A stretch of 64,000 bases of DNA. It comes from Verrucomicrobiota bacterium. GTDB lineage: Bacteria > Verrucomicrobiota > Verrucomicrobiia > Limisphaerales > CANJXF01. The DNA lies in the NCBI GenBank assembly GCA_038214755.1, contig JBBQRQ010000011.1, positions 12,011-76,010 on the forward strand, given 5' to 3'. Every line of letters begins with the position of its first letter. Positions within the stretch are counted from its first letter, which is position 1. The translations under genes were made by a program, and so were the position numbers. Positions 10,409 through 20,483 of the stretch are shown here, piece after piece. The notes under the pieces were generated by a model, which was given only the letters and a program-made list of their open reading frames with translations, ran no database searches and was not told where the DNA came from.

Positions 10409-10565
10409 TTCTGCCCAACCTTTGCCAATGAAATTTTTTCCGTATGGCAATGCCTTCAATAAAAAACAAACGAAAGGTTTCCGTTGCCAGTGGGTTGGCA
10501 ATGGATAAGGTGGGTGCCGCGAATTTGATGGAAGTGAGTCCAACAACGAATCCGAAAAAACCAAT

Positions 10566-13500
10566 ATGAAAAATTCAATAACAGATCGTATTCTATTTAG
10601 CGTGGTGCTGGCTTTTCCTTTGATCATGCCTTCCGTCTCTCGCGCCGTCCCTTATGCCTGCGACATCACGAATAATGCCGGAACTGTATCCTTTCGGCTG
10701 AATGAGAACGCCGACAACGTCAAAATTGTATCCAATAGCGGAACTATCACCAATGACCTTGGCGCCGGGATCAAAGGGCTAACCGTAACGAACCTCGCAA
10801 TTGCCAGCGGAAACATCAAGGTGATTGTTCTGCGATCCGCACCCGCGGGTTACACGCAGAGCAGCATCGATGGTTTTCAAGACAACGGGGTATATGTAAA
10901 TAAATTCGAGCATCCGCGCGGGGTTGTCGTAAACAAAAGCCCAGTTACCCCATCCTTCGGCCGTATCTACGTTAGTTGCGCCCGCGTTGGAACAACCGCC
11001 GGCTCATTTGTGCGGACGACATCGGATGGTATCTATCTGATCAACTCCGACGACACCGTTGCGCTCGACACCGGAACAAATCCACGCACCGCTGGTATTC
11101 CTTTTAGCACCGGAACGGAAACGGCCAGCCCGTTGCGCCTGACCATCGGCAAGGATGACAACCAACTCTATATTTGTGATTTGTCCGATCCTAAGGGCGG
11201 ACTTTGGGTAACTGATTTAGACGTCACAACAGGAACCAATGCATTGGCTGTCATTGGTGACGCTTCACAAGGGGCAACCAATCATGGGAGTATTTACTCA
11301 GCGGTCGTTGAGGGAACATTGGCCAACTCTAACCTGAAAATCTTCACCATGGACGAAGACCTCGTTCCAGTAAAAAGCGCCTGGCGTTATGACGTGAACG
11401 GCGGACCTATTCCATTCGCTGGCCCGACTAACAGCTTAGGCCAGGCGATGACAAATGTTCTCATCGATTTGGCAAAAGGTGGCAGTAGCAACTATCTCTA
11501 CGCTTCGCAGAACAGCCCTGCCGGAGATGCTGTGGGCATTCGCGTCTTTACGGCCGATGGAATTACGATCACAAACTCATTGGATGCCAGCCGAGCCTAC
11601 CTGACAAACTCTTCTGCCGCCGACTTGCTGCGGAACGCCCTTGCCTTGGATCTTTCGCCCGATGGAACTACGCTGGCGGTTCTCCAAGGGTCATCCCTGT
11701 CGGGACGTGTCCTACTCGTTCCGCTCGTAAACGGACTGTTCAATTTCGCCGGAACAAACTCTTTCTCGGTGGCGAATTCAAGCAACAACAATCGCGATCT
11801 TGCTTATGATGCAGCAGGCAATATTTATGTTGTCAGCAGCTCAGGCGAATGGCTGCGCATCTTCTCCAAAGGCGGAGCTACCATTGCCACTACTGGAACA
11901 GACGGCACCTTCAACATTGCAGTCCCCCCGCTCCTCGTCGGAGTGACCGCCACCGCCACCAATGCCAATGAGCAAGGGCCGGTCAATGGGCAGTTCACCA
12001 TCACGCGCAGCGGCGACACCTCCGGGTCACTGACGGTCAACTACACGGTCGGCGGCACTGCGGCAGGGGGATCGGATTACACCGCGCTTCCCGGCTTGTT
12101 TACATTCCTGCCAGGAGCGACATCCACTAACATCACCGTAGCGGTGACTGACGACGCGGTTGCGGAGCTGACGGAGACGGTCATCCTCACCATTAGCAGC
12201 AGCCCGACTTACGGCATTAGTAGCGGCTCGGCAACCGTTTCCATTCTCGACAATGAAGCCCCGGAACTTTCACTCACGCTCGCGCAATCGGAGTCGCGAC
12301 TCCTCGAAGGGTATGCGCCGTCTAAAGTTGGATTTCAAGTGACGCGGCGAGGATTGGTGACCTCTGCCATGACAGCTAATCTTGCCTACTCCGGCACCGC
12401 CGCAGTGGGAGTGCGTTTCAACGGTCCATCCACCGTTTCCATCGGCGCAAACGTGGCCAACGTTACGTTCAACCTCACGCCAATCAACGACCAGACTTAT
12501 CAGAGCAATCAAACGGCAATCGTCTCAGTGGCGGCGGGAACGGGCTACGCAATAGGATCGACCAATTCCGCGACCGCCACGGTCATTGATGATGAAGCTG
12601 TGCCGGGAACGACTTTATTTACCGATAATTTTGAAACCAGTTCCGCATCGCAGTGGATTGTTAACACAGTGGATGGAGGAGCCGATTCGCACGCTGACTT
12701 TGCTTATGACTACAGCCAGCTTTTCGTTCCACCAGCGCCAGGCGGAAGTAGCACCTTGGGATTGCGTTTGCGCTGCAACGAGACAACCGGCAATCGCAAT
12801 GCCATCAGTGTTTCGCCACTGGGGTTGAACTTGCAGGGCGACTACCGTTTGAAATTTAACATGTGGATCAATTACAATGGTCCGATGTTTGATGGCGGCG
12901 CCGGTTCTACTTTCCACATGAACGCTGGCGTGGGAACAACGGCGGACCATGCCAATCTGGACAACTTTGGTTTCGTCGATGGCATCTGGTTCTCGGTCGA
13001 TGGCGATGGCGGTTCGACCTTCCTCGCCGGCGATGCCAACGCCTACATCGGCGCGGATTTGCAACCGGACGAGTCTGGCTTCTATGCGGCGGGAACCAAC
13101 AACCTGCCCCGGAGCACTGCCTCGAATCCCTTCTACTCGTTGTGGGGAAGTATCCCGGCCCCGGCGGCTCAATTAACAGCTTACCCCAGCCAAAGCGGCA
13201 CGAGCCAACCTGGAAATATGGGCGTCGCATGGCACACAGTGGTCGTCACCAAAGCGACCAACGCCGTAACCTGGGTGATTGATGGCATTACCATAGCCAC
13301 CGTCCCCACCGCTACAGCAACGTTATCCACGAATGTGTTTGTAGGTTATGCGGATCAGTTTGCCGGCACCTTGTCGAGTGTCCCGGTTATGAGCTTTGCC
13401 ATTGTGGATAACCTTCGCGTGGAAACTTTCGTGGCAGCCCCTCCCGCCGCTCCACGTATCACCAGCATTCGCATTGTAGGGAGCAACGTTGAGATCAACT

Positions 13501-13670
13501 TCACCGGTGCGGCGGCGGATGCGCCTTCATCATTCGCCGTGCAAAGTGCCGCCGTCGTTACCGGGACTTATGCTGACACAGCGGCCACCATTACCAGTCC
13601 AGGCGCGGGAGTTTTCCAAGCGACTTTTCCTATTAATGGGGCGACGCGTTTTTACCGTATTAGACGCTGA
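10566..13670 (+). CDS. Large secreted protein: propeller-like N-terminus, two Calx-beta-like domains, lectin-like domain, C-terminal FYR domain
   Basis: Signal peptide; FTITRSGDTSGSLTVNYTVGGTA and DDAVAELTETVILTI (Calx-beta-like); ends TRFYRIRR. Confidence 0.8.
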   Translation: MKNSITDRILFSVVLAFPLIMPSVSRAVPYACDITNNAGTVSFRLNENADNVKIVSNSGTITNDLGAGIKGLTVTNLAIASGNIKVIVLRSAPAGYTQSSIDGFQDNGVYVNKFEHPRGVVVNKSPVTPSFGRIYVSCARVGTTAGSFVRTTSDGIYLINSDDTVALDTGTNPRTAGIPFSTGTETASPLRLTIGKDDNQLYICDLSDPKGGLWVTDLDVTTGTNALAVIGDASQGATNHGSIYSAVVEGTLANSNLKIFTMDEDLVPVKSAWRYDVNGGPIPFAGPTNSLGQAMTNVLIDLAKGGSSNYLYASQNSPAGDAVGIRVFTADGITITNSLDASRAYLTNSSAADLLRNALALDLSPDGTTLAVLQGSSLSGRVLLVPLVNGLFNFAGTNSFSVANSSNNNRDLAYDAAGNIYVVSSSGEWLRIFSKGGATIATTGTDGTFNIAVPPLLVGVTATATNANEQGPVNGQFTITRSGDTSGSLTVNYTVGGTAAGGSDYTALPGLFTFLPGATSTNITVAVTDDAVAELTETVILTISSSPTYGISSGSATVSILDNEAPELSLTLAQSESRLLEGYAPSKVGFQVTRRGLVTSAMTANLAYSGTAAVGVRFNGPSTVSIGANVANVTFNLTPINDQTYQSNQTAIVSVAAGTGYAIGSTNSATATVIDDEAVPGTTLFTDNFETSSASQWIVNTVDGGADSHADFAYDYSQLFVPPAPGGSSTLGLRLRCNETTGNRNAISVSPLGLNLQGDYRLKFNMWINYNGPMFDGGAGSTFHMNAGVGTTADHANLDNFGFVDGIWFSVDGDGGSTFLAGDANAYIGADLQPDESGFYAAGTNNLPRSTASNPFYSLWGSIPAPAAQLTAYPSQSGTSQPGNMGVAWHTVVVTKATNAVTWVIDGITIATVPTATATLSTNVFVGYADQFAGTLSSVPVMSFAIVDNLRVETFVAAPPAAPRITSIRIVGSNVEINFTGAAADAPSSFAVQSAAVVTGTYADTAATITSPGAGVFQATFPINGATRFYRIRR

Positions 13671-13686
13671 TTTGGATTAGGAATGG

Positions 13687-13719
13687 AAAGGCGCTGACTT
13701 TGGCGTGGGTGCCTTTTTT
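13687..13719 (+). terminator. Probable intrinsic terminator
   Basis: AAAGGCGC...GTGCCTTTTTT hairpin about 16 nt after the stop codon. Confidence 0.5.
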
Positions 13720-14006
13720 ACTTACGCGGATTTTCGCTGGCAGTGTAGGGGCTGGACTTTTTTAGAGTATGCTGGCTATTTGATTCTTGGAGGAAGACTG
13801 TTTCTCTTCACCCTGGCATTCAAAAGACATTATCTCTCATTGGGTGCCACATCGCCTCGTCTTGTTTTCGTTGGTGCTCGCATCCTTGTGACGTCGGGAC
13901 AACAACGGCTTCATTGCTCCTATCGAATTTGATTCCGTCACCAGGCAACGTCATGCGCTACGATTTATTGCGGAGAGAGATCACGTGCGCATTGCCCGCT
14001 TCCAGT

Positions 14007-14147
14007 GAAGCCTGGAACTCGCATCGTGATTTTTTTCCCAGGCAACCTCGAACAAATCGGGCAGGCCGCGCGAAATTTATGAACAGCCGACCAATAAATT
14101 CGTTGCGCATTTGTCGGAGTGATGGACGTCCTCGAACTTGAAGTGTT
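14007..14147 (+). pseudogene. Frameshifted relic of a CysA/PotA/MalK-type ABC ATPase C-terminal segment
   Basis: Reading across several frameshifts gives EA-LEL...IVIF..GNLEQIG / REIYEQPTNKFVA / FVGVMDVLELEV. Confidence 0.6.
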
Positions 14148-14423
14148 GCGAAGAATTTCAATTCATTTAAGCAGGCGAACCAAGCAAGACTCTGCATACC
14201 TGTTTCTTCGAGTACCATGCTGATATTGGAGTCAGAACTTCACAGTGGCCTGATCCTGCGTTCGCACATAAGCAAAAAGATTATGTTGCCGGGGGGACTG
14301 GTCAATGGAAAAAAGGTTCCTTCCAAATTCGCACCTGCCGGACTATGTCGAAGGAGAACGAGCGCCTCGGGGGAAGAAGCGACAACCTCTTACAAATTTA
14401 TTGCCTAATATTGGTGAAGGTAT

Positions 14424-15302
14424 TTAGGGTCCCTTTTTTGCAGAGGTGCGGTTTGTTAGCCAATTCCAGTCCCGATCAAGGCCGGCTGTAGTCCAGTGAC
14501 CACCGGGAAGGGTGTAGTTATATTTATAAGGAACATTGATGAGACCTAATCCATTCCCTGTGAAAGGAAGGTTCTTTTCAACCCAAACCCGTTTCTCCCC
14601 GTGGCCATCGGCAAAGGAAAAGCAATTACCCCTTTTCCCATGATAGGCGGCTGGAATGTCCGGATAGTCGTGACCATTCAGGCCCATTTGCAAAAAACCA
14701 TCGTTCATCGTAGCCATACTCTCGTCGCAAAAAATAAATGCATCGCCAGGCTTTGGATTAGTGAGGTCACTAGCCTTGACATATACTCGCCATCCTTTGT
14801 TATAGGCGCCATCCCCGATCGCAGCAGGTGGAGGAGGATAATAAGCGGCTCCCATATTGCCATTCATGGAGACAGAACGAATTCTTATCCCATTGTCGGA
14901 TGGAATGTTGTCTGCCGGACAACCATACACCTTAACTTGTCCGTTCAAAAATGGTCCCAGCAATGCACTGCGATAAACCTCCGCGTTCGTATTGGCTTGC
15001 TGACTGGCCCAATTCACCCCTAAGCCGCTACACCAGGTTTTATCGTAATCGGCTGAACCGAGGTTCCCATTAGGAACGAGATAATTGCGGTTATCTCCAG
15101 AATACATTTCGCAGGCGATTGCCATTTGCTTCTTGTTGTTCAGGCATTGCGTTGTGAGTGCCGCCACTTTGGCCTTGGCCAAAGCTGGCAAGAGCAGCCC
15201 AGCCAGGATGGCAATAATGGCGATAACTACGAGTAGCTCAATCAACGTGAAGGCAACGGTTCCCTTTAGACGAAGATGGCGAAGGCATGAAGTTCTTTCC
15301 AT
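14424..15302 (-). CDS. Prepilin-type H-X9-DG-like protein (DUF1559-like)
   Basis: [46 protein letters not shown] at 15302 preferred as start. Confidence 0.92.
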   Translation of the reverse strand: MERTSCLRHLRLKGTVAFTLIELLVVIAIIAILAGLLLPALAKAKVAALTTQCLNNKKQMAIACEMYSGDNRNYLVPNGNLGSADYDKTWCSGLGVNWASQQANTNAEVYRSALLGPFLNGQVKVYGCPADNIPSDNGIRIRSVSMNGNMGAAYYPPPPAAIGDGAYNKGWRVYVKASDLTNPKPGDAFIFCDESMATMNDGFLQMGLNGHDYPDIPAAYHGKRGNCFSFADGHGEKRVWVEKNLPFTGNGLGLINVPYKYNYTLPGGHWTTAGLDRDWNWLTNRTSAKKGP

Positions 15303-15346
15303 AAACTTGTTTATATTGCTTGGCGGAAGCGACCAACAGCCCCGCA

Positions 15347-18300
15347 TCAATTATTGTGCTGTAGCCGATAAAACATATTACTGCCGCCCAGCGGCGCGGT
15401 GACTTGGAATGTTCCAGCTCCCGCCGTGATAAACGATGCGGCTGTATTCGTCGTATAAGGTCCCGTCACCACGGTGGAACTTAACAATTTGAACGCATTG
15501 GTGGTGTCGAAAATGTTGGTGCTGACAAAGGACATCATCACATTAGTGCCGACGATAGTAACAGTAGGTGGCGAGAAGGTCGGCGACGGAATGAAAACAA
15601 ACAGTGTTCCGGTAGTGCTGGTGGTGCTTCCCACGACATTGGTCACACCAACGGTATAATTTACGGCATCCGCTAACGTGATGTTTGATATGCTCAAAGT
15701 GGTGTTCGTTGCGCCGGAATAATGAGTGCCATTGGATACATTGACCCCGTTAGTCTTCCATCGGTAGGTAAACGGCGGTGTTCCAGCGGGAGCCGACACG
15801 GTGAATGTGGCGGTGGAACCCCAGAGGTTGGTTTGGCTCGCGGGAGAAACTACCGCGCCGGAAGGCAGATCGGCGAAAGACAAGGTCGCTGAGACGGTAA
15901 CCGAGCCGGATGCATTGCCGACGATAACGGAATAGGTTAGGGCCGCGTCAGCCGCCTGAGCGTTGGTAATAACCAGAGTGTTCGCCGTGACGCCGGAGTA
16001 GTGCGCGCTGTTGGTCAAACTGACGCCATTAGTTTGCCATTGAAATGAGGTAGGCGCAGCGGGACCGACCGCCGTCACAATGAACCTCGCATTCGCCCCT
16101 GGATTCGTAACTACGTTCGGCGGTGGCGGAACGACTTCTAGAGTAGCGACCAGACTGGTAACTGATCCTGCGGAATCGCTAAATACAGCATAATAGTTTG
16201 TGGCGATTGCGGCAGTGGCATTGTTCAGCAATAGCGTATCGGTGAATGAAGTGGCATTAACAGAATTGGTCTGCAGTGGAACGACCGCTGCCGTTCCTGT
16301 TCCTTTATACCATACATTCGTAATGGGCGCCGTCCCGAGCGTCGCGGATGAAGTAAAGGACACATTTGCTCCTTGGGTCACAATCAGGCTGATCGGCTGA
16401 TTCGTAATGAATGGGGAAAGCTCCACCACCCGCACGTTGGAATAATAAACGAATTGACTAGTCGGGTCGCCCAAATCTTTAACCGGATCAAGGTAACCCA
16501 GCATAATCGTTCCGTTGGTGAAGATAGTCGTATTAGCATAAGTGGCGAGCACTTGCGAACGGTCTATGAAAAGACTGATGTTGGTTTGTCTCGTCTGTTC
16601 GAGGCTGACATCAACCCATTGGTTGACCGGACTTCCGCCGATGCGGCTCGCCGCCGTGTCCTGGGACACGAATGGCGGATGCTTGAAAACTCCGGCTTGG
16701 GAAAGAGCGGTATTGCTGACCGGTTCGACGGAACCACCGTTGGGCAAGGTCTGGCCGGTGAATCCGTCATAATCCGCAGGAGTTATTGAGCCAGCGCCAG
16801 CGTTGACGACGGACCAAGCGCCGTCAATGTTGGTCGTACCGCTACCGCCTGTTAGTGCTGTCACGGGGGTGGTCGGTTTCCAATTGCAATTTGTGCCGCG
16901 GTGGTTAAGACCAAACATGGCAAACTCATTGGGAGTGCTGCCTGGAGCCGAGTTATTTATCGCATTCGCTTGAAGCGAAAGATACATTTGAAAGCGCAAG
17001 GCATAATTGCCGGTAAAAGTCCGACCCTGGGGATAGAGGTTAACTCCTGCGGGAGATGGAAAAGAGAAGTCCTTGTTCACGGTCATCCGCAATGCCGTGG
17101 TCCAACCGTTGGCGGCCATGACCGGGGATGGTGGAACTCCGTCGCTGGCCACCGGGTTGCCGAACGTCACGTCGAAGTTATTGGTTCCACCAGCATCGGA
17201 AGGGTCGGGTCGGACGTTGGCATAATTAGTAATGACGACGGGCAGTTGGGTGGTGGCACCCAGGTTCGTGCTGGCAAAGGTCAGAGTCCAGTTCGTGCTA
17301 TCTAGTGAGTTCGTCATGGGATTAGACCACAGAACGACCTCTGGGCCGACGGTATTATCAAGCTCGGTTAAAGTTACTGTAGGGGGGGCGACGGTATAGG
17401 CCTTACCTTCTGCACTGGTTAGATTGGTGTTCGAGACGGCATTGGTGAGGCTTATGATAACCGTGACATTGGTTGGAAGCGCGGTGAGGTTGGCATGGGC
17501 GACTGGGTTTCCGACAATGTTAGTAATGATAATATCGCCAGGATTAATAATGATCCCTGGCTCGCCGTTAACTGGCACTTCCGTGCCGGGGGCGGTCTTC
17601 CTCTGCGCGCGAGCGGCGTAGTCCGTCGGGAAGATTGCCGTGCCAGTATAGAAAAAATTGGTGACCGTATAAGCGGTAGGGGTAACACTGCCCACACCAT
17701 TGCCTGGGCCATTAAGATCTCCCGTCCGGGTGATGATAAAATTGGCATAATCGCCCGGGATTCCCCGGTTCATGGTCGCACCGAGAGCTGCGGACGCAGC
17801 GGACAAGGTGAGTAATTGCGGGCCAGTGTTCAAGATAGAAACGGTGCCGAGGAGAGGAGCTGCCGCTGTGTAAGTCGCACCGCCACTAACTCGTAGTGTT
17901 ACCGGAAGGGTAGGGCCGATCACCGGAGTGGCGGTGGGAGTCACAATAATAACCTGCGACCAGTTACCGCCACCCGGGAAATCGCCCGCAGGGAAAGTGA
18001 CGGTATTAGATGTGACGATGATGCCGTTAAGGGCATTGTTGGTATTAAGGGTGTAATTGCTCAAATAGACAGCCGTGCCACCGAGCGTATAATTAACTAC
18101 CACAGGCCCGATCAGATGATTGGTCGTGAGAGTAATCGTGAAAACGCCTGGAATCGGAGTGCCGGGAGTCGCGTTGTTGATGTAATTCTGCGAGGCTGTA
18201 GGCGTGGTGGCAACCACTGAGGCGCTCACCGCCGGCAGGATCAATTGAAAACTGCCATTGGTGCCGGTGAAGTCATTGCTCGTGACGCACGTCGTGGTAA

Positions 18301-19660
18301 TCCCCAAAGAATAAATCCGCAAGAGACCTTGGAACTGACTGTAAACGTAAAGGTTGTTCGCCGCGTCCCAATCCATTCCTCCGCGAGCATTTTGAAGACC
18401 GAGAGTGCCAGTAGTGTTATTATAGGGAGTATTTGGTATGTTGAAGATGCTGCTTTCGTCGGGAATGCCGTCAATCAAACTTGCAATCGTAATGCCAAAA
18501 TTAAAATCCAGAGAGGCCAAATAGCGCCCATCAGGAGAGACTCTGACTCCCCCGTATGTTCCAACCGCTCCACCGAAGCCACGGATACCATTCCAGAGGT
18601 CGGCTCCATCGTGCAGTGAATCGTAAAGCTTTGTTGTGCCCGTGGGGTCAAGAATCTGAATGTCGCCATTGGAAAAATTAGCGCGCCCGAACCCACCAAT
18701 GATCTTACCATCTTTTCCAAGTTCCACTTCCACCCGCAACCCCGCAATTGAATCAAGACCTAGCGTGTAAGCGTAATTCGGCGGGTTGTTCCAAGGCAGC
18801 GGACCGGCGCCAATATCATAACGGTAAATACAGTTGAAAGAGCCGCGGAACGTTCCCGGACCGAGCACAAGGCTTGGAGCAATTGTTGCATTTGGCACAG
18901 CCAACGATGCATCCCCAGTCCAGAGCACCAGATTGCCCGCTGCCAACGACCCCGTCATTAATGGTGTGCTATGGGAGAAGTCGGAGTGAATTCCAGCCGC
19001 CGCCGCCGCCGTTTGCCCGATGATTGACAGCACCAGGTTGGAGTCACTCAAATCAGGTTTGAATTGCCAAAGAGCAGCCGCAGCCGTCGAGAAATCGTTC
19101 ACCAAAAGCGTATTATCGGGAGCCACGCGCATTCGCCACGGACCCACGCCGCCCGATCCGGCAAAAGTTGAGGTGGCCGTGGCGTTGGTACCTTTGCCCA
19201 AGGCCTCCGTCTGGTCCGCGTTAAGGGCGTAAAGTCCTATGCCTTTATTGTTGGGGGTTGTTCCACCAACAAGACCATTGCCAGCATAGATGCGCCCGAA
19301 TGAATTACCGAGCTTGGGGTTTTGATTTACTCCGACGCCGCGCGGCGAGTTCCATACAGAAAACTGAGCTGTGTCCGTGCTGATGAGCGACGGCGTACCA
19401 TTGCCAATCTTGGTGACGATAATTGAATAGCTGGTGTGGGCACCCAATGGGAATGATTGAGCGCCTCTCGCGAGCACTCCCATCGCGTTAGTGGTACTAT
19501 CCTCGAAGACAACATTCACGGTGCCGCCGCCTTCGTTCAAGATGAATTGAATGTTGCCGCCGTTGTTGGTGATACCGGAAGCGTAAGGATGCGCCTTCGC
19601 GGCAATAATGGGCAGGAACAACAGGGCAAACAGGCAAATGCGGGAGAGGAATGTCTTCAT
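15347..19660 (-). CDS. Large secreted protein, paralogue of 10566-13670, with three extra Ig-like domains and C-terminal FYR domain
   Basis: Signal peptide MKTFLSR...[12 protein letters not shown] and TYRWKTNG Ig repeats; ends [10 protein letters not shown]. Confidence 0.82.
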   Translation of the reverse strand: MKTFLSRICLFALLFLPIIAAKAHPYASGITNNGGNIQFILNEGGGTVNVVFEDSTTNAMGVLARGAQSFPLGAHTSYSIIVTKIGNGTPSLISTDTAQFSVWNSPRGVGVNQNPKLGNSFGRIYAGNGLVGGTTPNNKGIGLYALNADQTEALGKGTNATATSTFAGSGGVGPWRMRVAPDNTLLVNDFSTAAAALWQFKPDLSDSNLVLSIIGQTAAAAAGIHSDFSHSTPLMTGSLAAGNLVLWTGDASLAVPNATIAPSLVLGPGTFRGSFNCIYRYDIGAGPLPWNNPPNYAYTLGLDSIAGLRVEVELGKDGKIIGGFGRANFSNGDIQILDPTGTTKLYDSLHDGADLWNGIRGFGGAVGTYGGVRVSPDGRYLASLDFNFGITIASLIDGIPDESSIFNIPNTPYNNTTGTLGLQNARGGMDWDAANNLYVYSQFQGLLRIYSLGITTTCVTSNDFTGTNGSFQLILPAVSASVVATTPTASQNYINNATPGTPIPGVFTITLTTNHLIGPVVVNYTLGGTAVYLSNYTLNTNNALNGIIVTSNTVTFPAGDFPGGGNWSQVIIVTPTATPVIGPTLPVTLRVSGGATYTAAAPLLGTVSILNTGPQLLTLSAASAALGATMNRGIPGDYANFIITRTGDLNGPGNGVGSVTPTAYTVTNFFYTGTAIFPTDYAARAQRKTAPGTEVPVNGEPGIIINPGDIIITNIVGNPVAHANLTALPTNVTVIISLTNAVSNTNLTSAEGKAYTVAPPTVTLTELDNTVGPEVVLWSNPMTNSLDSTNWTLTFASTNLGATTQLPVVITNYANVRPDPSDAGGTNNFDVTFGNPVASDGVPPSPVMAANGWTTALRMTVNKDFSFPSPAGVNLYPQGRTFTGNYALRFQMYLSLQANAINNSAPGSTPNEFAMFGLNHRGTNCNWKPTTPVTALTGGSGTTNIDGAWSVVNAGAGSITPADYDGFTGQTLPNGGSVEPVSNTALSQAGVFKHPPFVSQDTAASRIGGSPVNQWVDVSLEQTRQTNISLFIDRSQVLATYANTTIFTNGTIMLGYLDPVKDLGDPTSQFVYYSNVRVVELSPFITNQPISLIVTQGANVSFTSSATLGTAPITNVWYKGTGTAAVVPLQTNSVNATSFTDTLLLNNATAAIATNYYAVFSDSAGSVTSLVATLEVVPPPPNVVTNPGANARFIVTAVGPAAPTSFQWQTNGVSLTNSAHYSGVTANTLVITNAQAADAALTYSVIVGNASGSVTVSATLSFADLPSGAVVSPASQTNLWGSTATFTVSAPAGTPPFTYRWKTNGVNVSNGTHYSGATNTTLSISNITLADAVNYTVGVTNVVGSTTSTTGTLFVFIPSPTFSPPTVTIVGTNVMMSFVSTNIFDTTNAFKLLSSTVVTGPYTTNTAASFITAGAGTFQVTAPLGGSNMFYRLQHNN

Positions 19661-19811
19661 AAGGATAGAGGTTTGTTTTTTTCTAAATGCTAAGGAATTT
19701 TTTAAGAATAGCACTCAGTACTTTTGAGTTAAATAAGCAGAAACTTTTTTGTCAATCGCGAAATTCATATTTTTGGGCAAAGGCGCGGTTCCGGTGAGCC
19801 ATGTAATTCGG

Positions 19812-20090
19812 TTAAGACCGACGCCCGGACGATGAAGGTCCGCGTTGCTGAAATTTTTCCTCAAACTTCTTCCGATCTCTCTCCAACAATTCCAGAATCG
19901 CCAGATTCACATCGTCGCTGGTCTTCGGGAATTTCAAAACGATTTGCACATTGGTCAGCCGTTTCTGCTCAATGAACCGCAGGGCGCGAGACGTGTGTTT
20001 GAAATCCCTCGCTGCCTCAGGGTTTTGCGTCGCCGAATCCTCTCCCCTCAAATAGAGATGGGAAATGATGCTCTGGATCAGCACGCGCAT
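19812..20090 (-). CDS. Small hypothetical protein
   Basis: ORF MRVLIQSIISHLYL...VQIVLKFP with protein-like composition; start uncertain (20090 or 20120). Confidence 0.6.
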   Translation of the reverse strand: MRVLIQSIISHLYLRGEDSATQNPEAARDFKHTSRALRFIEQKRLTNVQIVLKFPKTSDDVNLAILELLERDRKKFEEKFQQRGPSSSGRRS

Positions 20091-20204
20091 GGGGCGATTC
20101 TCTTGCCCGTTCTCGTTCATACAAGAAAAAAGCGGCGCGAGAATCCTTAAGCTGCCATGCCGGGAAACACCATCTCATCTCGGAAAAAACTCTCGGGACG
20201 ATCA

Positions 20205-20383
20205 AGCTCAAAATGCGAAATCCGAATGCCGAAATCCGAAAGAACCCGGAATCCGAAATCCGAAATCGCATTTAGGGCCGTCGGCACAGAAATGCGTTTC
20301 GCGCTTGTTCAGACTGGGCGCCTTCGGTCTTCGGCATTCGGATTTCTTTCGACATTCGGATTTCGAACTTCGGATTTTGAGCT
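20205..20383. repeat. AAATCCG heptamer palindromic element
   Basis: AAATCCG arm and inverse CGGATTT arm around a spacer; ends AGCTCAAAAT / ATTTTGAGCT. Confidence 0.85.
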
Positions 20384-20483
20384 CGGCCCTTCCCTCGTCG
20401 GGTTCCTTCTTTCCGTTTGAAAACTTGCGCTTTGCTTATCGCTCGAAGAACTTTTCTTTGCTAAAAAAACTCGCGCCACCATC

